The notes: generated by a model not told the origin, from the letters alone. A stretch of DNA of 38,521 nt from an uncultured Chloroflexaceae bacterium (GCA_964559995.1 CAZLKK010000001.1:1-38521); one strand, 5' to 3'. Shown: positions 17,373-25,078, numbered from the stretch's first letter. A program made the numbers and translations.

Positions 17373-17747
17373 CTAGGAGGAAGCCTGGGTCGTAGCGATA
17401 AGCGATTCTTGTTGCAAAAAGGCGAGGGCTTCCTCTTCACTGCCAAACATATGCACCCCCGCAAAGAGTTTCACCAGGGAAGAAAACAACAAGAGGTACG
17501 GCTGATTGACCACGAAAAAGTACATCCCAACATGGGGATGGTGCTTCACCTTCTCAATAATATTGCGAGCCACCGGGCAAGACGTATTCACCCCACGAGC
17601 ATTGATAAGAATGTTCGTAGGTTGTGGGCAATGATCTAGCATTTCCCACGCTTCTACATAGTAATTCTCGGCTGTCTCCCTATCTACATGCCCATTCATC
17701 TCCAATCGGAGCAGATTTGGTGCGAGTAATGACAGGCTATAAGACAT
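17373..17747 (-). CDS. Small hypothetical protein (124 aa), possibly with a STAS/SpoIIAA-like fold
   Basis: I place the start at ATG 17747 (MSYSLSLLAPNLLRLEMNGH...), with GAAGG about 9 nt upstream. The longer track ORF (to 17921) would overlap the upstream radical SAM gene. The functional guess rests only on size and an alternating strand/helix-like pattern. Confidence 0.45.
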   Translation of the reverse strand: MSYSLSLLAPNLLRLEMNGHVDRETAENYYVEAWEMLDHCPQPTNILINARGVNTSCPVARNIIEKVKHHPHVGMYFFVVNQPYLLLFSSLVKLFAGVHMFGSEEEALAFLQQESLIATTQASS

Positions 17748-17809
17748 GATGGCTACCTTCTTTCTAACTTTTTCTACAGCGAGTATACAACGGCGTATCC
17801 TTCTGCCTA

Positions 17810-19189
17810 TTACAGCAGCATTTCTGGGGTAAGACGTTGCGTGAAATTGTGCATTGCCAGATTTGCTGCCCAGATCCAATCGAGTTTGTGTCCTTGCAAT
17901 CGATGACGTATCCCTCTCCATGAGTAAACTTCACGTTGTATTTTGATAAAGTTTTTCAAAAACTCATGTTGTCCCATCTTTGCCGGGTGATACATATAAT
18001 GAAAGGTATCGTACTTGTCCCAGTCAAAGTGCAGGATGCGATCTTTGATTTCATCAAACCACGCGGTACCGGGAAACGGGGTTGCTATGGTAAAAACGGG
18101 AAACTCTACCCGATTCCGCATGATAAAATCATATGTTGTTTGGAAACCCTCTGTTGTATCTGTGTCAAAGCCAAAAATAAAGTAGCCCTGTAAAGCCAGG
18201 TTATGTTTCTTTGTGTTTTGTACTACGATGTCATACCGTTCAATACGGTTTGACCCCTTGCCAACGGATTTTATTGTTTCAGGATTGAGTGATTCAAAGC
18301 CTACGTTGAGTAATTCACACCCAGAGGCTTTGGCAAGTTCGGGGATATGCGGTTTTTCAAGAAAGTTCATGGAGATATTCGAGTTCCAGCGAATCCCTTT
18401 CCCGACCATGCTATTGAGCAATTCCTCAATAAAATCAGGTCGGAAGCAGATGTTATCATCCATGAAGGAAATATTGATGTCTTTTCGTTTGAGCCTATCT
18501 TGATGGTATTCTATCTCTTCAATAACGTGGTCTACCGTGCGGGTGCGATAGGTCTTGCCATACACCTTGTAGGCACAGCAAAAGCTACAGCTAATGGGAC
18601 ACCCTTTAGTCGCCAGCAGCGGTATGCGGGTGCTATATTTTCTCGCATGCTTGGAGCGCATGGCAATATTGAAATCGGCATGCTCCATGCTCGCCATCTC
18701 TTTGAAGTCTGAGGCACGATAGAAAGGCTTGAGCTTGTCCTGTTGCACATCTTGCAGCAACTCTTCCCACACCGACTCTACCTCGCTAGAGACGATAGAG
18801 GTACTATGCTCACGGGCTTCTTCGGAGAGCATCGTTGGATGAACCCCCCCAAGAATAACCTGCTTGCCCTGGGCAAGGGCTTTGTCGGCTATCTCATAGG
18901 CTTTTTTGGCATTGAGGGTGCGCGAGGTAATGGCGACAACATCGTACTCAGTGAGATCATCTGGCACCTTGTCGCCAATGCGCTCATCCACAAAGTCAAG
19001 GTCAAAGTACTTTTGCACCAGGGTAGCAACCATCAGCAGGTTGAGCGGGATGCTCACCTTGCCAGAGTCTACCATCAGCGGGGTAGCACTTTTTGGCTGT
19101 ACAATCAACCATTTTTTGCGCCGACCATTGGTAGATGGGTTGTAGCGAGTTATTTTGGTTCCGTTTGTTGCTGGGTTCTGGTGTGCCAT
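17810..19189 (-). CDS. B12-binding-domain radical SAM enzyme (class B; BchE/BchQ/BchR-type family), copy 2
   Basis: 459 aa from ATG 19189, 10 nt after the upstream stop; the track start 19294 overlaps the upstream gene. The N-terminal half resembles a B12-binding domain (YDVVAITSRTLNAKKAYEIADKALAQGKQVILGGVHPT). The CX3CX2C cluster is KGCPISCSFC. Paralogous to 19200..20726. Confidence 0.8.
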   Translation of the reverse strand: MAHQNPATNGTKITRYNPSTNGRRKKWLIVQPKSATPLMVDSGKVSIPLNLLMVATLVQKYFDLDFVDERIGDKVPDDLTEYDVVAITSRTLNAKKAYEIADKALAQGKQVILGGVHPTMLSEEAREHSTSIVSSEVESVWEELLQDVQQDKLKPFYRASDFKEMASMEHADFNIAMRSKHARKYSTRIPLLATKGCPISCSFCCAYKVYGKTYRTRTVDHVIEEIEYHQDRLKRKDINISFMDDNICFRPDFIEELLNSMVGKGIRWNSNISMNFLEKPHIPELAKASGCELLNVGFESLNPETIKSVGKGSNRIERYDIVVQNTKKHNLALQGYFIFGFDTDTTEGFQTTYDFIMRNRVEFPVFTIATPFPGTAWFDEIKDRILHFDWDKYDTFHYMYHPAKMGQHEFLKNFIKIQREVYSWRGIRHRLQGHKLDWIWAANLAMHNFTQRLTPEMLL

Positions 19190-19199
19190 AATGGTTGTA

Positions 19200-20726
19200 T
19201 TATCCCTTGACCACTTCTGTTGCTGCCATCTGTGGTTCCGCTTTGGTATCTGCGAGAGTCTGTTCAACCGGGCGGCGGCGACCTGCCCGTACATTCTTCA
19301 GTTGGTCTGCTAGATTACGCTTGAAATAGATGCTAGTCACAAGGTTAATCAGCTTGTTGGAATTGTTCATGACCCTGGTAACAATCGTCTTCCAGGAGTA
19401 CATCGCCAAGTAGTGCTCCAAGAACTTGATTTGATATTCTAGCGGGTCAAACCGCTCACTCTTGACGACAAGATTAGCGGCAGTATACTTGTCCCAATCT
19501 TCGTCAACGACCAAGCCCTTTTCCTTATATTCCCAATACATCGCCGTACCGGGGTAGGGAGTGATGAGCGAATAGATGGGCATGACAATGTGGTTCTTGC
19601 GGACAAATTCTTCTACCGCGTCCATATCTGCGAAGGAGTCTACATCTGGGTTGGTCAGGAAGTTGCCCTGCACACAGAGTCCCGCTTCGCGGCACTGGCG
19701 GATGATGCGAATGAATTTCTCCACGCTGTTCTGGCGGCTCTTGTTGTACAACTTGAGCGTTTCATCATTGATAGACTCAAACCCGACCAGCACCATAGCA
19801 CAGCCGGCATCTACCAACAGTCTGACTGTCTTGGGGTCTTCTAGGAAGTTGAGACTGATAAAGCTACTAAAGCGAATATTGCACCCCTTGATAGCCTCAA
19901 GAATATCCCAGAGTTTCTTCTTATTAACCCCCAGGTTCTCGTCAGTAAACATAAACCAGGGTTTATCGCCATAGCGCGTCTTCTTGAAGAAGACCTGCTT
20001 TGCCTGCTCTATCTGCTGGACAATTGCTTCTGGGGTCTGGATACGGTAGAGCTTGCCCGTGAAATTTGGCGTAACGCAAAAGGAGCAGGTGTAGGGGCAG
20101 CCCCGCGAAATGTAGATAGGGATAGACTTTCGGGCATCGACCTTTTCGCGCTTGCTTGCCTTGAAAATGCGCTCATAGTCAATCATTGGGGCTTCAGTCA
20201 CAGGCGGGAAATCGCCAGAGAAGTAGTAGGGTAGGATATGCTCCTTCCCCTGGGCGGCATGTTCTATGATGGTAGTCCACATCCCATCTGCCTCGCCAAT
20301 GATCACCGAGTCGCAGTGCGGGGATGCTTCGTCATAGTTGAAGGAGACGTGTACGCCACCTATGACAACGGGAGTTCCCCGTTTCTTGAACTCATCGGCT
20401 ATCTCGTAGGCACGGGTCGCGTTGAGGGTGCGGGTGGTAATACCAACAAGATCATAATCGCCATCATAGGGTATTTCATCACCAAAGAGATCATCAGCAA
20501 TTTCTAGCTGATGCTGCGGTGGGGTAATGCTTGCCAACACCCCAATTGCCATCGTAAATAGGGGCTTTTGCCCACTGTCTTCCTCCTGTTTGCCTTTGGG
20601 CATCACCAGCAGAATCTTGAGCGGACGGACGCTTTCCGGCGGCTGTGCGGGTCCCGTTGCCCGAGTAATTGGTATGGGTGGGACGGTTAGTAATGATTCT
20701 TGATGACTATGACTAGGAGAACTCAT
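19200..20726 (-). CDS. B12-binding-domain radical SAM enzyme (class B; BchE/BchQ/BchR-type family), copy 1
   Basis: 508 aa, ATG start with GAAGGG upstream. Motifs: YDLVGITTRTLNATRAYEIADEFKKRGTPVVIGGVHVS (B12-binding-like), RGCPYTCSFC (CX3CX2C), LVGFESINDETL. Confidence 0.8.
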   Translation of the reverse strand: MSSPSHSHQESLLTVPPIPITRATGPAQPPESVRPLKILLVMPKGKQEEDSGQKPLFTMAIGVLASITPPQHQLEIADDLFGDEIPYDGDYDLVGITTRTLNATRAYEIADEFKKRGTPVVIGGVHVSFNYDEASPHCDSVIIGEADGMWTTIIEHAAQGKEHILPYYFSGDFPPVTEAPMIDYERIFKASKREKVDARKSIPIYISRGCPYTCSFCVTPNFTGKLYRIQTPEAIVQQIEQAKQVFFKKTRYGDKPWFMFTDENLGVNKKKLWDILEAIKGCNIRFSSFISLNFLEDPKTVRLLVDAGCAMVLVGFESINDETLKLYNKSRQNSVEKFIRIIRQCREAGLCVQGNFLTNPDVDSFADMDAVEEFVRKNHIVMPIYSLITPYPGTAMYWEYKEKGLVVDEDWDKYTAANLVVKSERFDPLEYQIKFLEHYLAMYSWKTIVTRVMNNSNKLINLVTSIYFKRNLADQLKNVRAGRRRPVEQTLADTKAEPQMAATEVVKG

Positions 20727-20777
20727 TGTTACCCTTCAATGTTTTGATAGTTTATCGTGATGAAAAACACGAAGCTG

Positions 20778-20786
20778 ATTATACCA
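20778..20786 (-). promoter_or_regulatory. Putative extended -10 promoter box TGGTATAAT ahead of the radical SAM pair
   Basis: The plus strand reads ATTATACCA, so the minus strand reads TGGTATAAT. It lies 52 nt upstream of ATG 20726, within the 125-nt gap after the hydrolase gene. Confidence 0.45.
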
Positions 20787-20851
20787 CGCTCAATACAAAC
20801 TGTCTAGCTAAGGCTACGTCAAAGTCGCAAAATCTTTTGCATTGGGCAACT

Positions 20852-21730
20852 TTAGCCATGATCCTGTCGATCTATCCAAGCAGCGAGTACCTGGCAAAAC
20901 TCCTCTGGCACCTCGTCAAAGGGGCAATGTCCCGCATCAGCCAGCATATGGATGTCGGCTTGTGGGAGTATGCGCTCCTTGAGGATATGGGCATGGGCGA
21001 AGGGGAGCGATTGATCTTCCTCACCCCAGATAATCAGGGTAGGCGTTTGGATAGCCCCTGCTGGTACGTCAAGGATGAGCCGAGCAAAAGCCCGTGATGC
21101 TGCCAAGTAGGATGCCACCCCACCGGGTTGGCTAAGGGGCTTACTGAAGGCTTCAATGAGAGCAGGTGTGACCATCTCCTTGCGGTGGTAGGCGGCGAGC
21201 AAACTCTGGCGCACCGTCTCCTTGCCGCTGAGGATGCCACCCATCATCTCGCCAAGCAGCGGCGCACGGATAGCCCCAACGAGGATACGCTCAATGAGCG
21301 ATGATGGCTCGCTGGATTCTGTCAAGCCGGTGCTATCTACCAACACCAACCCCCGCAAGAACTGCGGGTAGTTGTAGGCTAACTGGGTAGCAACAACGCC
21401 GCCCATGGAGTGACCCACCACAATAGCGGGACCGGGGACGACCTTACTGATCAGGTCAGCTACTTGGTCTGCCCAAAATTCCTTTGATGGAGCTACTTGG
21501 AGTCGAGAGGAATATCCAAAGCCAAAGAGATCAAGCGCGTAGACGGTATAGTGTTGCGCTAACGGACGCATCACCCGCCACCAGTGCTCAATAAGTCCCC
21601 CGTAGCCATGAATGAGTACCACAGGGATTCCCTGGTGGGGTACCGATTCCCAGTAACGAGTAAAGCCGTGGTTGCCTTCTAGCCAGTGTTCATAGATTGC
21701 ATGCGGTACTACGTCTGTTGGTGCCGTCAT
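20852..21730 (-). CDS. Alpha/beta-fold hydrolase (MhpC/BioH-like esterase type)
   Basis: 292 aa. Motifs: VVLIHGYGG, LDLFGFGYS, nucleophile elbow VGHSMGG, C-terminal DAGHCPFDE (catalytic His region). Confidence 0.8.
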   Translation of the reverse strand: MTAPTDVVPHAIYEHWLEGNHGFTRYWESVPHQGIPVVLIHGYGGLIEHWWRVMRPLAQHYTVYALDLFGFGYSSRLQVAPSKEFWADQVADLISKVVPGPAIVVGHSMGGVVATQLAYNYPQFLRGLVLVDSTGLTESSEPSSLIERILVGAIRAPLLGEMMGGILSGKETVRQSLLAAYHRKEMVTPALIEAFSKPLSQPGGVASYLAASRAFARLILDVPAGAIQTPTLIIWGEEDQSLPFAHAHILKERILPQADIHMLADAGHCPFDEVPEEFCQVLAAWIDRQDHG

Positions 21731-21802
21731 AATGCTGAGGGGTAAACCTCATGTCCTTACGTTCATACGGGGGTATGCCCCCATATGGACAACTGAGATG
21801 AC

Positions 21803-21852
21803 CGTTGGTCTTTCCCTTGCTGTCTGCGAACGAGTAGCGAGAAAGACCAACG
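21803..21852 (-). terminator. 12-bp perfect inverted repeat downstream of the CsmN-like ORF; a possible terminator, attenuator or RNA stability stem
   Basis: CGTTGGTCTTTC (21803..21814) pairs with GAAAGACCAACG (21841..21852) across a 26-nt loop. It begins 42 nt after stop 21894 on the minus strand. No U-run follows. Confidence 0.3.
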
Positions 21853-21893
21853 ACAGCATTGCGATATACGTCCTGCGCTTGTAGCGTTGCTGC

Positions 21894-22304
21894 TTACTTT
21901 TTCTTTTCTACCCACTCATCAACTTTGCCCCCAGAAGCGGGGGCATCTTTGGCACCACCGGATACCGCGTTGCCTACTTCTTGGGCAGATTTTGCCATAC
22001 GATCTGTGAAATCACGGACGCGATCCCCGACTTCCTCAAAGCGGGGCAGGGAAATCTCACCAGAGCCGCTAAAAGCCTGGTCTACAACCCCCTGTGCCGT
22101 GCGGGAAATCTCACGGGGGACATCCATAATGGCTGTGGTGGCATTGCAAATGGTCTGGCGTACTTGCTGGTTGGTCTCTGTGGGCAACAACCCTAGAGGC
22201 AGGGAAACAATATTCAACCCGCCACGAACAACCCCATCAACGACACCAAGCATCATATCCAATGGATTTGGTGTGGTGTTCTCTTGCGTTTTCTGTTCTG
22301 ACAT
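21894..22304 (-). CDS. Small soluble/amphipathic protein (136 aa), candidate chlorosome envelope protein of the CsmM/CsmN type
   Basis: ATG start with GAGGA 9 nt upstream. It shares NPL..ML..V and (V/I)V(S/T)LPL(G/A)(L/I)LP(T/P)E..(Q/K)QV..TI with the 105-aa ORF at 22623..22940. Its position immediately after the chlorophyll synthase and bchU-like genes matches what I recall of Chloroflexus csmM/csmN. No alignment was run. Confidence 0.45.
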   Translation of the reverse strand: MSEQKTQENTTPNPLDMMLGVVDGVVRGGLNIVSLPLGLLPTETNQQVRQTICNATTAIMDVPREISRTAQGVVDQAFSGSGEISLPRFEEVGDRVRDFTDRMAKSAQEVGNAVSGGAKDAPASGGKVDEWVEKKK

Positions 22305-22407
22305 TGCTACATTCCTCTTTCTTGTCTGGTATTTTTCGCTAGATTCTTACATCTTCAGTACGTTAGGTTTTACCCCTACCGAACTCACCCGATGGAGAAG
22401 CATGGCT

Positions 22408-22566
22408 TTAGCTATCTTGCTTCTTTTGCGGCTGATTAGCCCAATCTTCTACCGCTTTAGTGATAACATTTGCCCACTGTGCCGGGAAACTTACGACACT
22501 TTCCAGCATCGATGCCAACGGGTTTGTCGTTGGTGCTTGGGTTTCCTGCTTTTGCTCTTCTGCCAT
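22408..22566 (-). CDS. Unlisted 52-aa ORF, third paralog of the CsmM/CsmN-like pair (lacks the central segment)
   Basis: Hand-translated codon by codon as MAEEQKQETQAPTTNPLASMLESVVSFPAQWANVITKAVEDWANQPQKKQDS, ending at a TAA stop. An in-frame TAA lies upstream at 22603..22605. The C-terminal 28 aa nearly match the C-terminus of 22623..22940 (AVVSFPGDWANVVTKAVEDWANQPVNKQQD). At the DNA level 22430..22498 matches 22645..22713 at 57 of 69 positions (hand count). The RBS is weak (AGGT 7 nt upstream). Confidence 0.45.
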   Translation of the reverse strand: MAEEQKQETQAPTTNPLASMLESVVSFPAQWANVITKAVEDWANQPQKKQDS

Positions 22567-22622
22567 AACGCAACCTGTATCTTTCCAGGCAGCAATGCTG
22601 CCTTACTGGAACACCCTGACGA

Positions 22623-22940
22623 CTAATCCTGCTGTTTGTTGACGGGCTGATTTGCCCAATCTTCTACCGCTTTGGTGACGACATTTGCCCAATCCCCAGG
22701 AAAGCTGACGACAGCCTTTACTGTGTCTTGGATGGTGTCTTGTACCTGCTTGCGTGATTCCGGCGGGAGAATAGCGAGGGGGAGGGTCACAACCCCCAAT
22801 GCCATACGAACGACAGTATTCCCACCTTCTAAGACGGAGGAGAGGACATTCTTTGAGCTTTCCGGGGTACGCACATTGCGTACTCGAACCTCTCCCTCAA
22901 CGTCAGCCGGTTTTTTCTGTTCTGTTTTTTCTGCTGCCAT
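22623..22940 (-). CDS. Small soluble/amphipathic protein (105 aa), candidate chlorosome envelope protein of the CsmM/CsmN type
   Basis: ATG start with AGGA 7 nt upstream. Paralogous to 21894..22304 and 22408..22566 (see those entries). No transmembrane segment is evident. Confidence 0.45.
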   Translation of the reverse strand: MAAEKTEQKKPADVEGEVRVRNVRTPESSKNVLSSVLEGGNTVVRMALGVVTLPLAILPPESRKQVQDTIQDTVKAVVSFPGDWANVVTKAVEDWANQPVNKQQD

Positions 22941-22984
22941 AGAAATTCCTGCTACCTTTCTGTTTACTAGGTTCCTAAAGGCGA

Positions 22985-23914
22985 CTAATCGAAATATCCA
23001 CCTGCGACAAATGCCGAGACAAATTGTATGGCAATGATAAACAGGTTACTTGCTAACATATAGCGCATAAAGTTCTTGTGTGATGGGTTTTTATACAGGC
23101 TCATTTGGCTAAAGAAGGGGATAAGCATAGCTGCTAAGACCAACCCTGCTACCCACAAGTACCCCCACACGAGCGCGAGGATCATCAGTGCCAACTCTGA
23201 GCCGTTGATAAAACCAAATGCTACGAGCATGGCGCGTTGCTCGCCAAGCATCACGGGGAGCGATTTTAACCCATGCTTGCGATCCCCTTCAACACTTTTG
23301 ATGTCGTTGAGGAAAATCAACCCTGTAGCGATACCGCCATTGATGACCGCCATAATTGCGCTGCGCCAGGTCAGTTCAGCAAAAATGATATGCCCTGCCC
23401 ACCAGCTCATACAGGCATAGCCAAGCCCCACCGCGGGAGCACTGAGCCAGACGTTCTTCTTGAGCTTGATAGGGGGGACACTGTAGATAGCCCCAAGCAA
23501 CAAGCCGGCGATGATCAGTATGGTAATCCAGGGGCTTGCATAGACCAACGAAACGAGCATCGTCACAACAGCCAAGATAATCCAGTTGAGCCGGGCTTCG
23601 GTGAGGGTAACATCACCGGCTGGGATGGGACGCGAGGGGTCATTGATAGCATCAAGTTCACGGTCATAGTAGTCATTGATGCTTTGGCTAAAGCCAGTGG
23701 CTAATGGACCCATCATGATAGCCCCCAAGATCACCAAGAGGAGACTTACAGGGTCCGTTGGATTGAAACTTGATCCTGCTGCTATGGCACCACAAACACA
23801 CATCAAGGCTGGCGAAATCCACGTTATGGGGTCGGTCAGCCTGATGTGAGCGTTAATGCGTCTGCTCAGTGTTACACTGCTTTCAGATGTCGAAACCACG
23901 GTTGCTCCTGGCAA
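22985..23914 (-). CDS. bchK: (Bacterio)chlorophyll synthase, UbiA prenyltransferase family; context favours BChl c synthase BchK over BchG
   Basis: The motifs NDYYDRELDAINDPSRPIPAG, YSVPPIKLKKNVW and NDIKSVEGDRKHGLKSLPV match the ChlG/BchG/BchK signature blocks, and multiple TM helices are present. The track start is TTG 23914. GTG 23899, with GGAG 5 nt upstream, is an alternative start. The K-versus-G assignment rests on neighbourhood only. Confidence 0.7.
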   Translation of the reverse strand: MPGATVVSTSESSVTLSRRINAHIRLTDPITWISPALMCVCGAIAAGSSFNPTDPVSLLLVILGAIMMGPLATGFSQSINDYYDRELDAINDPSRPIPAGDVTLTEARLNWIILAVVTMLVSLVYASPWITILIIAGLLLGAIYSVPPIKLKKNVWLSAPAVGLGYACMSWWAGHIIFAELTWRSAIMAVINGGIATGLIFLNDIKSVEGDRKHGLKSLPVMLGEQRAMLVAFGFINGSELALMILALVWGYLWVAGLVLAAMLIPFFSQMSLYKNPSHKNFMRYMLASNLFIIAIQFVSAFVAGGYFD

Positions 23915-23954
23915 AAATCAATCTATCCATAGGTGCTCGTTACCGTCCTTATCG

Positions 23955-24977
23955 TTAGGAACGGGGTTTTACTGCCTGATACAAAACGTGTTCGTAGGCT
24001 TCGTGCATTGTTACCTTTTCAAAGCCAACACGTTGCAGCACATCTGGATAGATGGTATGACTCTTAAAATCCAATACCGAGAAGTTTAGCCCAATAGCGC
24101 AAATATAATGGGTGAGATAGTCGTAGTTGGGGGCTTCCGGGTCGCTAATGATAAGGTCTAGGATGAGGATACGCCCACCGGGTTCTAGGGCTTCAAAGGC
24201 TTTCTGACACATCATGGTACAGAATTGTTCATTCATTGGGTAGAGAATACGCCCAAACATCAGCGCATCACACGCAGGGTAAGGTTCTTTGTACATATCC
24301 ATAGCAATGGGGGTGATGCGGTCTGCCAAGCCTTTGGATGCTGCGTTTTCTCGGACGAGTTCGATGGCACTTGGTAGGTTGATGAGCGTGACGTTGAGGT
24401 CTGGGTGTTGCTGGCACATTGCTGCAGCAATATCCCCTATACCGCCGCCTACGTCTACCATGTGGTTGACCCCGCCGAGCTCTGCATGGTCTTGCATCAG
24501 CTTGATGGGATAGTACACATTGCTCCGATGGATCGTCTCGTAATAGAGGCTCTCTTCGGGAGTCGTTGGAGGATACGGTACAACGCTGGTCAGGTCTACC
24601 TTCCCCTTGACGGCATCAGCAAGCTGCATAAAGAAGCGTTCTGACAGGTCTGCCATATAAGCAATATGGGGGGTCATCGTGAGATTTTGGGTTTCTTCCG
24701 ACTCTACGAAAAACCGGCGAGAAAACTCGGTAAGCTCCCATGAGCCGTTTTCCTCTTGAACTAGCCCTAGCTGTTGAAGCGTGATCAAGAACCGCTCAAG
24801 CCGTGCAGGGACCCCTGCTATTGCCTGTGCAAGCTCATCGAGCGTATACGCTTTCCCGTCCATTACTTTGAAAATTCCAAGATCATAGGCGGCTTTCATG
24901 CAGCTAAATTCAACCGCACTTTTGAATACCATATCATAGGCACGATTTGTTGCCTGCAACAGGTCTTTATCGTTCAT
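23955..24977 (-). CDS. bchU: Class I SAM-dependent O-methyltransferase of the CrtF/BchU family; context favours bacteriochlorophyllide C-20 methyltransferase
   Basis: 340 aa, ATG start with GGGGA upstream. It has an N-terminal dimerisation/winged-helix-like region and the SAM motif I HMVDVGGGIGDIAAAM. It lies directly upstream of the chlorophyll synthase gene, with a 40-nt gap. Confidence 0.6.
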   Translation of the reverse strand: MNDKDLLQATNRAYDMVFKSAVEFSCMKAAYDLGIFKVMDGKAYTLDELAQAIAGVPARLERFLITLQQLGLVQEENGSWELTEFSRRFFVESEETQNLTMTPHIAYMADLSERFFMQLADAVKGKVDLTSVVPYPPTTPEESLYYETIHRSNVYYPIKLMQDHAELGGVNHMVDVGGGIGDIAAAMCQQHPDLNVTLINLPSAIELVRENAASKGLADRITPIAMDMYKEPYPACDALMFGRILYPMNEQFCTMMCQKAFEALEPGGRILILDLIISDPEAPNYDYLTHYICAIGLNFSVLDFKSHTIYPDVLQRVGFEKVTMHEAYEHVLYQAVKPRS

Positions 24978-25050
24978 GTGTCCCCAATCTACGTTTCCAA
25001 AAAGTTGTTACTACGAGAAGTGTCTTTCATCTTAATTTTGTGATGACCTT

Positions 25051-25078
25051 ATTATATTACAAATAGTGAATTATTCAA
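25051..25078 (-). promoter_or_regulatory. Putative sigma-70 type promoter for the bchU-led gene array
   Basis: The minus strand reads TTGAAT (25078..25073), a 16-nt spacer, then TATAAT (25056..25051). It sits in an AT-rich stretch about 75 nt upstream of ATG 24977. Confidence 0.5.

Noticed and set aside
17748-17921. N-terminal extension of track ORF 17373..17921
   Set aside because: It would overlap the 3' end of the radical SAM gene by 112 nt. The internal ATG 17747 has a GAAGG RBS and starts a compact domain.
19190-19294. N-terminal extension of track ORF 17810..19294
   Set aside because: It overlaps the upstream radical SAM gene by 95 nt. ATG 19189 follows the upstream stop by 10 nt, and the conserved domain starts after it.
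22587-22603. Hairpin AGGCAGC-AAT-GCTGCCT between the 105-aa ORF and the 52-aa sORF as a terminator
   Set aside because: The stem is only 7 bp with a 3-nt loop and no U-run. It may affect RNA stability, but the evidence is too weak to call it a feature.
17373-24977. RiPP cluster interpretation (B12 radical SAM methyltransferases + small precursor-like ORFs + hydrolase + O-MT + prenyltransferase)
   Set aside because: The prenyltransferase carries the specific ChlG/BchG/BchK signature blocks, not those of an ABBA or generic UbiA enzyme. The small ORFs lack leader/core organisation and Cys/Ser/Thr-rich cores. The pigment/chlorosome context explains the set better.
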